DNA of 64,000 nucleotides, from the NCBI RefSeq assembly GCF_006345805.1, contig NC_042997.1, positions 82,274,001-82,338,000 of the forward strand. Reading direction: 5' to 3'. Below, piece by piece: positions 24,575 through 37,560 of the stretch. Numbering within the stretch: position 1 is the first letter of the stretch; each line of letters starts with the position of its first letter. The position numbers and the translations under genes are program-made. The DNA is from Octopus sinensis (lineage: Eukaryota). The notes under the pieces were generated by a model that worked only from the letters and a program-made list of their open reading frames with translations, was not told the DNA's origin and did not search any database.

Positions 24575-27281
24575 CTAATATTAATCATTGTTCTGTATCA
24601 AGGAAATTCTTCTCAACATGAGTACATTTCATTTGGTTTGCTTTTATGAATATCTTTCTTTAAATTGCAATTCTCTTTCAAAGTAGGAGAACTTTATGAG
24701 CTTAACATTTCTAAACATTTATATCAAATAAAATTAAATTTTAGATAAACTAAATAAAAATTAAATTCAATGTATTCTTTATTTATCAACAAAAAATGCA
24801 GTTTACAAAAGTAAATAGTAGCACTATTACAAAATTAGGAATAAAAAACAAAGAAATCAGTAAATAAATGACAGAATAAAGAGACATACACCAAAGGACA
24901 CTGATCTTCTCTAAAAATTTATGAGATAACCAAAATCTCTCAAGGCTTCACTGTGATTTATTACCAGGCTGTTCCAAACTTACGGCCAACATAAGCATCG
25001 TCTGAGATAGGACACAAATAGCTTTCAATATTTCAGTATGTTATTCCATTAATCTATGGATAGAATAACACCCTCACTTGTCAGAACTAACGGGATATTT
25101 ATTGTCACAAGAATTCATTTAATAATGAAGTTTATTTCGTTGGGGCAAGCAAAGCTCCCACATTCAGACAAAAGGGCAATCTGTGAAGACCTCCAGAATC
25201 GAGGGGTTTGCAACACCAACACCTCATCCTCCTCGGTTCTGACTCTATGAGCACTGGAACGGTGGAGTTCACTAGGGCAAAGAAAACCATCGATGTTCAA
25301 CTCAACGCTTACAGAAAGTAAGTGACACCTTAAGTGACACCACATATATTTAAGATGAGAGTTGAAAAGTGTGTTTCAATTATAAATTGTCCCAAGTGTT
25401 TGGAGACGATTTAGCCTGCTCTGGAACTAACAACCGCAGCCCCTTCTGCTATTATTTTCATCCCCCTCCCTGTGGGAGCCAGTCCATGATGTGATAGAGA
25501 AGATGTTGCCTACTAGAAGAGAGCAAGCAAAACTGGAAGAAAGGAAACAAGGACATATAAGGTTAGCCCAAATCTAAAGAATCGATTGGGAAATGCTGCT
25601 TGGGTAAATGTTTCCAAAATGAGTTTAACATTGACCAAACTTTTGAGTTTCTCATAAATTAGGGCATCAGAATTCGTAGGGGCAATGAAATGAGGTTATA
25701 AACAAGTGGCACTAACCCTTTGACTGTAATCTAACTTTAGGATTCGGTAACTAATTCCCGAGACCAAAAAAAAATTGCTTTATGGGGATCAATTACATCA
25801 ATATTTTTGAGTAAATGTTTTAGTTATAGCATCTCTGAAAAAAAAATTGGGTTTGAATTCAAGATCAGATACTGGACTTTGAAAGGAAACTCATCTTATT
25901 AACGAGTGATTATAATGGAGGGGAATAATTCATTGAATAAATCCACCATAACCAGATTTGCAAAGATGAGTGATTAAATATCCAAAATTTACACTAAAGA
26001 CTAATTTACTTCAAGACCCCTACAGTCAGGTCTCTCGGTCCTCAATTAGTTAGAATCTTATCTGGTTGGAGTAGGATCTGAATAACTAGCATCAATGCAC
26101 TGTAGTTTCAAATCCAAGTCGGACCCTGACCAAGAAGTATTATTGATGCTCAACACAAACAGTACCAGACAAATGTGTCAGCCTATTGAACTCCCGAGAC
26201 AGAACTAATGCACTAGTCACCCAAAAGTATATAACAGGGGACCCGATTGGTCTGCTAAGCAAAAATGTAGAGCTCTGAAGCCCTCTCTTTTACTGAAAAT
26301 AAGGATAATATTGAATTGTATATTACATTACATTTTCTTGGTGTTGATTGTTATCTTATATTTATATAGCAAGTGGAGTGAGACAACTAGATGGTGTCTT
26401 TTGCCCAAATAGTAATCTTTTCTACACATTTCATACAATTCCGTATAACAACAAAAATCCTGTAGAACAAACAGGCCAAACATAACAGAAAAACAGTTAA
26501 AGGTCAACAGATTAGAATTATAATAGTGATTCACGTAAAAATATCATAGAAATTGTCATATTTTTATAGAATAGGTAACTTAGATAACTGAAATAGGTTT
26601 TGTCTATTATTGATTCAGGCCATGTCTAAGTTAATAGCACTACCTGGAGTAGTCTTTTAAGTCACTTTTTAGGACAACATAGCTCACTTAAATAGGGAAT
26701 AGTTGTTAGCCGAAATAATCAAAGTGTCAGTGATTTGTTTGGAATTACTTGTACGAATTTGTCTAGATATTGTTTAGAAAAAATTATGGGGTCTTTTTCT
26801 TCTTTGATTTCTTACGGAATAATGTTGACTAAGGCGAAAGCAGGACTAATCGCAATGTGACGTGAATTCAGGTTTTGTGAGAGGAGAGAGCATATGGCTC
26901 GTAGACGGGGTCGAGCTTTGTGTGACTTGTGAACGTCATACTGTTATCATTTTGACTGGTATACTACTTTTTATATAATTAGTGCGCCTAATTTTTACTT
27001 CAAATTATATGTTGAATTTAAATGAAACATTTTAAATCAGTCATCTTCAAACACTGCAATGTATATACAGTGAAAGGGAAATAACTCATAAATACTTCTT
27101 TCTTTGATTCCTAATATCAATACGGCAGGATTTGAATTGAGAATTTATTAATACCATTTAATCTGTTTTATTGCTTCATTATTGTTGATATCATTAAACA
27201 AACTTCTTACTTGTATAAATTAAGAGCATTCACTTCTGACATTAAACAAAGATTTAATGGTGAATTAATTCTTATATTCGA

Positions 27282-29316
27282 CTAGCAGTATCGCCCGGCG
27301 TTGCTCGGGTTTGTAAGGGAAATAACTATATAAGCATTTTTAGAGAGTTATAGCAAAAGGATAGCAAAAATATGCATTAAAAATGGAATAAAAAATGATG
27401 GTAATTTTTTTTTTAAATCGTTGACTCATCGTAGACATTTTTAGAGAGTTACTTCCCTTATATAATAGCGAAAAAATGCATTAAAATGGAAAATATGATG
27501 GTAAATTTTTTTTTTAATCGTAGACTCATCGTAGACGCGTGCTAATACCCAGAAGGGCTCGATATGAATCACGACTATAAGATACCCGGTTTTGGTTAAA
27601 CTGCACCACAAAATGTGGGAGTAGTTAGGAATCTAAATCGTAGGAGACAGACACACAACTTCACTTTTATATATAAAGATTTGTGCAACAACTAAAACAT
27701 TCGGTTGTGCAAATTGTTTGCACAGGAAACCTGCCCTGTGTGGCGGTTTTTGCCGTTTTTGTGGATCTGTTTCAGCTTTTTTAGCGATTTCTGTTTTGGC
27801 GACTTCAAGCCATGAAGTCGTTGTTCTAAAAGAACGCTGGTCTCCTTGACAACGCTTTACGACGTTGATTTCCCTACCTTGCCTTCCCCACAGCTTCACG
27901 AGGGAGGGAAGAAGGGGAGGAGCTACACAGGTGCAGGTGCAAGCACGAACGCCAACGCCCCCACCGACAACGCCCCCACCGACAACGCCCCCACCGACCA
28001 CCACCACCACCACCACCACGACCAACACCATCACCACTACCACCATGACCACCACCACCACTACGCCCATGACCATCACCACCACCATCACGAAGACCAC
28101 CACCACCACCACCATCATCACCACGACCACCACCACCACCATCATCACCACCCCCACCACCACGACCACCACGACCACCAACAACAACAACACCACCACC
28201 ACAAACACGACAACCACCACGACCACGACCACTATCACCACTACCAGCACCACCGCCACCACCGCTGCCACTACCACCGCCTCCACCACCACCATACTAT
28301 GCCTCTGCTCTCTCCTTTTGGCTACTAAATCCATTACCATATTTCACAAGTACCATCGCCATACAATATTGCCTTCAAAAGTTTGTTTGGATAATATTTT
28401 TTAAGTAAAAGTTGTGCAACAACTATAACATTTGGTTGTGCAAATTATTTGAACGGGAAACCTTCCCTGTGTGCTGTGTTTCCCGATTTTGTAGAATTTG
28501 CTTTCGGGCTTTCTTAGCCATTTCTGTTTTGGTGTCTTCAAGCCATGAAGTCGTTGTTCTAAAAGAACGCTGGTCTCCTTGACAACGCTTTACGACGTTG
28601 ATTTCCTTACACTCCCTTCCCCACAGCTTCACGAGGGAGGGAAGAAGGGGGAGAAGCAACACAGGTGCGGGTGTGAGCATCACTCACACAACTTCACTTT
28701 TATATATATAGATATGCGTTAAAATGGAAAAAAATGATGGTAAATTTTTTTTTAAATCGTAGACTCATCGTAGACGCGCGCTAATACCCAGACGGGCTCG
28801 ATATGAATCACGACTATAAGATACCCGAATTTGGTTAAACTGCACCGCAAAATGTGGGAGTAGTTAGGAATCTAAATCGTAGGAGACAGACACTCACACA
28901 ACTTCACTTTTATATATATAGACTAGCAGTATCGCCCGGCGTTGCTCGGGTTTGTAAGGGAAATAACTATATAAGCATTTTTAGAGATGTAAAGTATAAT
29001 AGCCATCTCAATATGGCTAACCACAAAGTGGGGTGTTACTGTAGCTTTTTACGTTCTGAGATTTAATAATACATTTTAAGAGAGTTACTTCCCTTATATA
29101 ATAGCAAAAAATGCATTAAAAATGGGAAAAAATTATGGTAAATTTTTTTTTAAATCGTAGACTCATTGTAGACGCGCGCTAATACCCAGAAGGGCTCGAT
29201 ATGAATCACGACTATAAGATACCCGGTTTTGGTTACACTGCACTGCAAAATGTGGGAGTAGTTAGGAATCTAAATCGTAGGAGACAGACACACAACTTCA
29301 CTTTTATATATAAAGA
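27282..29316 (-). mobile_element. Tandem array of non-autonomous Helitron-like units
   Basis: On the minus strand, four 5'-TC starts (29316, 28922, 28712, 27679) and two ends made of a hairpin plus CTAG (28923, 27282). Outer flanks are A|...|T. The terminal units are about 394-398 bp. Confidence 0.85.
27960..28292. repeat. Degenerate (CAC/ACC)n trinucleotide tract inside the Helitron array
   Basis: Runs of ACC, ACG and ATC triplets. Confidence 0.9.
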
Positions 29317-30232
29317 TATACAAATCTGGTAGATATTTCTTTCTTTTGTTCGTGAAGTCAATTCAGTAGAATTTGAATTCACAATTTATTAATACCAGTT
29401 AATCTTAGGCTTAATTGCTTCCTTGTTGTTGATGTGATTAAGCAAATTTCTTATTTGAATAAATTAAGAGCATTCACCTCTGGAAACGGGAAAACCACTG
29501 GCACTTAAGCATTTAACGGTGAACGAATTGCTATATTCAATTTCTTCTGTTCACAGCATGAACAGATTGATTTTAAAATATTAAGTCTCTAAGGAATGGA
29601 AGGATATTTTCACCCAAATATCAAAGTGTTATCAAATGATACCCTATATATTATAACAAATTTCACAAACACACACACACACAACCACACACACATACAC
29701 ACACACTCGACTGTATGTATGTATGTATGTATGTATGTATGTATGTATGTGTGTATGTATGTATGTGTGTGTGTGTGTGTGTGTGTGCCATTATTCAGTT
29801 TTATTTTAAGATTTCTTGCCAATAAAGAGCCAGTTTCTAACCTAGAACCAAGACTCTCATTGGAATTTCAACAACATCAACAAAGGATGTATGTATGTAT
29901 GTATGTATGTATGTATGTATGTATGTATGTATGTATGTATGTATGTATGTATGTATGTATGTATGTATGTATGTATGTATGTATGTATTATGCAGATTTG
30001 AATGTTTTGTTTTATGTGTCTTCTCATGCATATACTTGAAAATCTAGACATGCTCATATATACTTAAACTTCTGGAAAGTTTTACAGATTTTTACAGTTC
30101 CAGTGATGGCTTGGATCTGCAGTCTTCAAATCAGTTTTCTCCTTTCTGGTTCTGAGAAGCCTAATTTCTCAAGATTGGTATTTAGGCAGTGTGTTACATA
30201 TGCCAGTGCCCCAATAATTACAAAGACAGACA

Positions 30233-30270
30233 GACACACACACACACACACACAACACACACACACACAC

Positions 30271-30309
<39 letters not shown>

Positions 30310-30365
30310 ACACACACTCACACACAAACACAAACACACACACACACACACACACACTCACACAC

Positions 30366-30406
<41 letters not shown>

Positions 30407-30418
30407 CACACACACACA
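30233..30418. repeat. (CA)n microsatellite
   Basis: Direct reading. Confidence 0.95.
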
Positions 30419-31394
30419 TGAATGTAATCTGGATAGAGCAGCTGTAGATTCTTCAATAGTTCAGTATAGGTTTTTTCTTTTTTGCTGATCTTTAGCTTTA
30501 TGTTAACATCCACTGAGCAGCTGGTGTGGGTGTGTGTGCATGTGTATATATATACACATACACTTAGAAGTATTAATATTTCTATTTTTGAAAACCAATA
30601 GATGTATTCCACTGAAATTAGGTAAATAATCCTTCGAACAGACAGACAGTAGTGACGCCTGCTGAGTTTGGCTGCTCTGCATTGATAAAGGGCAAATACC
30701 ATGAAACTAGTCTGCAGATGCCTGACCAGCAAGGGGAAGCAGCTGACCTCCCCTGTTCGAAGGTTATAATGGCCTCTTGGGGCTAATCAACGGTAGCATT
30801 CGTCCTATATTTCTGGACTGCCATATTAGCTTGGCGATAACTAATTAATATATATATATTAGTTGTCAACTTGTAACGAGTATGATCCATCACTGACAAA
30901 GTAATGCCTGTGCAAAATTTTATATCCATTAAGGCATTCACAACACGCCATAGTCCCTCTCTACCCAACTGACATGATCCAGTGACAAGCTAATGCAGGG
31001 GATCTAGTACCAATATGAGCCACAAGCAAGCAAAAGACTCCCAAACACAAGCAAAAGACACCCAAAATGTCCAGTGCCATTCCTTGCATATCCTGTTTCA
31101 TATCAGAATGACCTACTCCTAGAAACATGTTTTAACAAAAGCTAAGAAGTGTCTCATTCTTAGTGGTCTTCCAGCATGCCAGACACCAACACGGAACTTC
31201 TGAGTGTCCCCACTCCTTATTGTTTGACAGACGCATAACCTGCTCTAGGTTCATCCATTCTTTTGACATATCTTGTTTTTAGCCCTGCTGTGTTTCTAGT
31301 AAACCCTCCTCGACATACATACATACATACACACATTCCATGCAAGCATGAAAAGTGGATATCTCGTGTGTGTGTGTGTGTGTGTGATCTAGTC

Positions 31395-31590
31395 TTTTAT
31401 TTGTTTCAGTCATTTGGCTGCGGCCATGCTAGGACCTTGAAGGGTTTTAGTCGAACAAATCGACCCCAAGGACTTTTTCTTTCAAGTCTAGTACTTAATC
31501 TAGCGATCTCCTTTACCGAACTGCTAGGTTACAGGGACGTAAACACACCAATAACAGTTGTCAAACGGTGATAGAAGGACAAACACAAAG
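31395..31590 (-). mobile_element. SINE 3' portion
   Basis: Reverse complement of the 23175-23320 family motifs. Confidence 0.65.
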
Positions 31591-31658
31591 ACACACTCAC
31601 ACATGTGTGTGTGTATATATATATACATATATAGATAGATAGATATATATATATATAT

Positions 31659-31659
<1 letters not shown>

Positions 31660-31743
<84 letters not shown>
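31660..31743. repeat. (AGAT)n microsatellite
   Basis: Direct reading. Confidence 0.95.
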
Positions 31744-31744
<1 letters not shown>

Positions 31745-32502
31745 GTAGATGTAGTGGATCTTGCAAGCATGAAGTGGATTCGATCCACCATAGCCAAATT
31801 CAAATTAACACTGCAACAGAACTTTTTCCACGATGGATCAATGGTTTTTCTCTGACAGCAGTTTTGCATTTTCCAGATGTCTTTAGCTAGGCCAAAATAA
31901 TGTCTTCACCACTTGACCCTTCCTAACCTCTTCTACTTCACCAAAAGCTAGAATAGAGATAACAAGATCACCAACTAAATCTATTGTTCTCAATGATATA
32001 TCCATCCTTCTAGATAGTTATAATAGCAAGCATACCCCAAGCAAAAATCAGTTAGTCACTTCTGTGACAACTAGTGGGAACGAAGTCTGGCTAACCAGCT
32101 AGAACCTTGGTCAGAGGGAGAAATGAAGTTTACTGTCAGCAACTGTGAGACAACGTCCCACACCCTTCAACTCACTAGCTCTGATTCTGTTCTCTTACAA
32201 CATCATTTTATCTCTCTCTGTATTTACTACTAAACAATGAAGAGGACACAAATACAAACTTTACTTCGCATGCTTTTGGATGTATCAAAACCTGCCCATC
32301 GAGGCAAAGTATTGTAACGTAATGGAAAATAAATACTTTCTTAAAACTTCATGCATTGTTCATTTTTCACATCCTACAGTATACGATTATAACAACAAAT
32401 TTTTATCGTTACAACTGCTGATTCTGACATTTCATATTATTGTGTACCTAATCAATCTTACCCGTTACAATTGGTAACTACACCAAAAATAAAAGTTAGC
32501 GT

Positions 32503-32554
<52 letters not shown>

Positions 32555-32557
<3 letters not shown>

Positions 32558-32716
32558 GATGGACTTCTTTCAGTTTCCGTCTACCAAATCCACTCACAGG
32601 GTTTTGATCAACCCAAGGCTATAGAAGAAGATATTTGCCTAAGGTGTCATGCAATGGAACTGAATCCGGAATCACGTGGTTGGGAAGCAAGCTTCTTACC
32701 ACAGAGCCATACCTGC
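32555..32716 (-). mobile_element. tRNA-derived SINE 5' portion
   Basis: Minus strand reads GCAGGTATGGCTCTGTGGTAAGAAGC...GGATTCAGTTCC. Homologous to 60500-60652. Confidence 0.7.
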
Positions 32717-32720
32717 ATCT

Positions 32721-32761
<41 letters not shown>

Positions 32762-32926
32762 CAGAGACAGACAGACAGACAGACAGACAGAGACAGACAG
32801 AGAAAGAGAGAGCAAGAGAGGGAGACTACATAGTCGAGCATTTTCAACCGGAACGTTTACAACTATCTGATTGTTCAAATGGTTCAGTTCTGTGTATGTA
32901 CAAATATTTACTCGATTGCTGACATT

Positions 32927-33164
32927 TGTTGTTGTTATATATATATAATGTATTGAGTATTAAAAGAAGTAGTGAGTACTTAGTATGAAAGATTAAGAAA
33001 ATGAGAGAGACTGAAACAACGTGTTAACGATACAAGATACTTTATTCGACTGCCGTTGTTGTACAAGTTAATTGTTTTGGCGGGAAACAAAGTGAAAGTC
33101 CTTTTATCAAGGGAGACAATGGGCGACGTTGATTGTTCATGTTTGTTGTGATGATTATATAACA
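32927..33164 (-). repeat. 3' LTR of Gypsy element 2
   Basis: 238 bp with TGT...ACA ends. Differs from the other LTR by one substitution and one TA unit. Confidence 0.95.
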
Positions 33165-33223
33165 TCTTCCTTTTTTTTTTTTTTTAAATTTTTTTTTATA
33201 TCATCTGTATCTACAGGGAATAA

Positions 33224-36200
33224 TTATTCGTCGTCCACTTTTTGTGGTTTTATTATTTTGTAGTGTTGAATTCTGTAGTTGTGCTGTTTTTGTTTTTTCA
33301 TGCGTGTTGTTGACTTTGGAAATATATTTTCATAATCTAATTCTTCTGTTATGCGAACGTGTTCGTTTGTTTTAAGAATATGTTGTCTATTTCGTTTGAC
33401 TGTATTTCCTTCCTCTGTTATTACTAAGTATGAACGAGGTTGCTCTAGTTTTTTAATTATTTTGCCCCTTCTAAACCAATTGTTGTTAAACTTAATTCTA
33501 ACCGTGTCGTGTGGTTTTAACTCTGGGAGTTCTGTTGTAATGTTTGATTTCTTCTTTTCGTGAGGCCTGATACCAATTTTGTCGTGTAGTATGTTTGGGA
33601 GATTTGTTCGCAATGTTCTATTCATTATTTGATTTGCAGGGGATGGTGCACCATTTTGTAATTTAGTCGTGCGTAATGCTAAGAGCGCTAACTGAGGTTC
33701 TTCGTCACTTTTGAATGCCTTTTTTAGCGTCTTTTTTATTGTCTGTATATTTCTCTCAACCATGCCATTCGCTTGATGATAATGCGGGCTTGTCTTCGTG
33801 TGATGAAAATGCCAATTTTTTGCAAATTTTTTGAATTCAGCCGAATTGAATTCTGGACCGTTGTCACTTACAACTGTTTGCGGAATTCCGAATTTAGCAA
33901 AAGTTTCTTTTAATTTTTTGATTACGGTTTTTGACTGGCAATCATTTATTTCGTGTAGATCAAAAAATCTTGTTGTATAGTCAATAATTGTGACATACGA
34001 ATTTCCAGACAGGTGAAATACGTCTGTACCCACTTTGGTCCATGGTGTAGTAGGTATTTCATGATTTATTAGTGGTTCGGCTGCTTGTTGATTTTTGTAG
34101 TCAATGCAGTATGAGCATGTGTTAATCATGTCTTTGATTTGAGCGTTAATGCCGGGCCAGTATATACATTCCTTCGCTCTCTCTATGCATTTTTCGATAC
34201 CCATGTGTCCGGTATGTATTTCCTGTAGAGCTTCTCTACGTAATGACTTAGATACAATTATTCTTGAACCTTTTAGAACGAGACCATTGACGATTGATAT
34301 TTCATCACGAACGGATACGAATGGTTTGATGTTTATTGGTATTTTGTCTTTTGGGGGCCATTCTGTTCTTGTATATGTGACGAGTGTCTGTAGAGACGGG
34401 TCGTCTGCAGTGGCTTCTTTATACTCTTTTAATTTAGTGTCGGTTATGGGGTAATTTTTTATTACTGCATGAATGTGCGATTTCATATCTTCGTCTGATA
34501 CTTCTGGAGTATTTTGCTCAAGGTATGCACGTGATAGGGTATCTGCAACAATGATTCTTTACCAGGTATGTGGTTTAGGTCAAAATCATATCTTTGTAAT
34601 GTTAGTAGAAATCTTTGGATTCTGGGGGGGGCATTTAGTGATCGATTTTTTGAATATTTGCTTCAACGGTTTATGGTCATTTTCGATTCTGAAATGAGTT
34701 CCGTATATAACTGATGAAATTTCTTGCATGCGAAAACTATACTGAGAGCTTCGCTCTCTATTGGACAGTAGTTTTGTTCCGCTTGAGTTGTTGCACGAGA
34801 TGCAAACGAAACAGGTAGCCATCTTTCGTTGTGTTTCTGCTCAAGTATCGCTCCGAGCCCATGCTTACTAGCATCTGTAGTTATTTTTATTGGTAGATCT
34901 GGATCATAAAATTGTAGCACTGGTTTTCTGGTAATCATTTCTTTTAGCTTTTTTATTGCTTCGATTTGTGGTTTGTCGAATGACCATAACGTGTCACTCT
35001 GTAGAAGCTGGCGCAATGGTGCTGTGACTTCGGAGTAATTAGATAAAAATTTACATAGGTAATTTGTCATACCTAGGAATCTTTGTAATTCTTTTTTACT
35101 TGTTGGCAGTGGCATGTGAATGATTGCTTGTACCTTGGTTGGATCTTGTTTTATCCCTTCGCTGGTTAATATATGCCCAAGGTACTTGATTTGTGATTCA
35201 TAGAAGATACACTTTGATTTATTTAACTTTAATCCGTGCTTTCGGATTCGATCGAAAACTTGTTGTAGTCTATTTGTGTGTTCTTCTAAAGTGTTGGACC
35301 AGATTATGATGTCATCCTGTGAATTTCTTGCTCCTTCTATGCCCTCTATTATTTTTGAAATTTCTTTTTGGAAAACTTCACTGGCGCTGTGAATTCCAAA
35401 AGGTAGTCATGTGAAGCGATACCTTCCAAAAGGTGTGTTGAACGTTAAAAGATGGGAGCTTTCTTCGTCAACTGGAATTTGCCAGTATCCATTAGATGCA
35501 TCTAGTTTTGAAAAATATTTAGGGTTATGCATTTGTGCAAAAATGTCCTCCGCTGTAGGGAGTTTGAAATGTTGCCTTTTTATGGCTTTGTTTAGATTCT
35601 TGGGGTCTAAACAGAGTCGGAGTTTTCCGTTGGCTTTTTCAACGATGACTAGGGAATTTACCCAGTCTGTAGGTTCACTAACAGGTTTTATGATATCTAA
35701 TTCTGTCATTCTTTTTAATTCTTTGTTGAGTTTTTCTTTTATAGAAAAAGGAACCGATCTTGGTGGATGAATTACAGGAGTTATTTGTGGATCCACTGTG
35801 ATATGATGTGTTATTGACAAAGTGCCGATTTCTCCGAAACAGTCTTCATATTTTTCTAATATGTCGTTTGTGTTCGACGAATTTATTTTTGAAATTCTCT
35901 GAATCAGGTTCAGATCTTTAGCTGTCTTTGCATCTATAACTGCGTGCGAGTTTGTTTTTGCAACATTGAATTTTATTTGCTTTGATAATTCTTTGTATTT
36001 AATGACTGCTGTGCATTTTCCTAGCACTTTTATAGCTGTGTTATTATAAGCTGATAATCGAGTTGAAGTTTTTTGCAGTTGTGGTTTTGGAATTATATTT
36101 CTATATTCTCTGAATGGCAGTACGGTTACGTCTGCTCCTGTATCTATTTTGAATGTTACATTCGAGTTGTTCACTTTTAGTTCGACCGTCCAAATGTCTT

Positions 36201-37141
36201 TTGGAGTCTTGAACTTTTCGATTTTGTGCACGCGGGAATTATTTGCAGTGATCATTTTGAGTGCATGTGTATCGTCATCTGATTCATCGTCGGTATGTAT
36301 CTCTACTTTATGTACAAATTTTCTTGATTTGCACATTTTTGCATAGTGTCCTTGTTTCTTGCATTTTTCACATGTCTTGTGAAATGCTGGGCATTTATTT
36401 CTTTTGTGATTATAACCACAATAGTGACAGTTAGTGACGTAGTGTTGACTTGGCGCTTGAAACTTCGCGGGCTTTCTGTCACTTCCGCCTTGTTCGTTTT
36501 GATGTCTGGATTGCATATGGCGGGTTATTTGAGTTTTGGCGCCTTTTCTGTTGTGTTGACTATATACCCTCGAGATTTCGTTATCTCTTGTTTCGGATGT
36601 GGCATTTAGCATCCATGATTGGAGTCGTGTTTGCTCTGCACTCTGACCTGCTTGAATTGTTTTTTGTAGGTCTAAATTTGGTTCTCTCAATAATCTTTCT
36701 CTTAATCTCATGTCTCTGATTCCACATATCAGAATATCTTTGGTGAGACTGTCTGTGAGGTTACCGAATTCGCACTGTTGTGCCTTTTGGCGCAACTCTA
36801 CTACGTACTCATCGAATTTTTGATGTTCCGCTTGTCCACATGTGAAGAATTTGTGTCTTAGGAAAGTTGTTTTTCCTGGGTTCACAATATGCATCGAATT
36901 TTTCGATTACTGTCTGAAGGTTCATTTCTTCGTCGGGTGAATCGAAATCCAGTGTGGAATGGATATCTCGGCCTTTAGAACCGATGCAAGTTAAAAACAT
37001 TGAAGTTTTTACTTTGTCTGGCTTCATGTCACTTTCTGTTGCTATCAAAAAGAGATTGAATTCTTTTTTCCACTTTTTCCATGCTGCGGCTAGATTTTCC
37101 TGATTAAAGTCTAGGTCTTTTGGATGCGGTAAATTTTCCAT
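33224..37141 (-). pseudogene. Gypsy element 2 gag-pol, disrupted
   Basis: MENLPHPKDLDF..AAAWKKWK; knuckles CHYCGYNHKRNKC and CEKCKKQGHYAKMC; protease FKIDTGAD; RT LCLDPKNLN, LDASNGYWQ and NSQDDII; RNase H TDASKHG; integrase HTGHMGIEKC, SDNGP and GMVER. In-frame TGA at about 35407 and about 4 frameshifts. Confidence 0.92.
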
Positions 37142-37219
37142 TTCGTCTTTGAAGTATGATTTCAACTTCTTTTTTCCTTTGGTTTCTGTATTTTGGGTTC
37201 TTTTAGTATTCTGACACCA

Positions 37220-37459
37220 TGTTGTTGTTATATATATATATAATGTATTGAGTATTAAAAGAAGTAGTGAGTACTTAGTATGAAAGATTAAGAAAATGAG
37301 AGAGACTGAAACAACGTGTTAACGATACAAGATACTTTATTCAACTGCCGTTGTTGTACAAGTTAATTGTTTTGGCGGGAAACAAAGTGAAAGTCCTTTT
37401 ATCAAGGGAGACAATGGGCGACGTTGATTGTTCATGTTTGTTGTGATGATTATATAACA
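37220..37459 (-). repeat. 5' LTR of Gypsy element 2
   Basis: 240 bp, abutted by the PBS and followed by TSD ACATT. Confidence 0.95.
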
Positions 37460-37560
37460 ACATTTATCAATAGTTTCTCTAGTTGTTATGCACGATTTTC
37501 CATCATTTTTGATGACACCATTTCGTGATGTTTTTTTAGAAAGCAAAATTCAACGTCATA

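Larger units (their letters stand above)
32927..37459 (-). mobile_element. Full-length Ty3/Gypsy LTR retrotransposon (Mag-like), young but ORF-disrupted
   Basis: LTRs at 32927-33164 and 37220-37459, TSD ACATT, PBS TGGTGTCAGAA (37209-37219; complementary to a tRNA-Leu 3' end) and PPT A15GGAAGA next to the 3' LTR. Confidence 0.97.

Noticed and set aside
25040-26330. Possible decayed retroelement or pseudogene
   Set aside because: There are protein-like patches (WVNVSKMSLT) but no continuous diagnostic motif, so it cannot be assigned by eye.
27633-28404. Thr-rich, His-rich and Val-rich ORFs (mucin-like or His-rich protein)
   Set aside because: All frames are open only because of the (CAC)n tract inside a Helitron unit. 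There is no splice or signal-peptide support.
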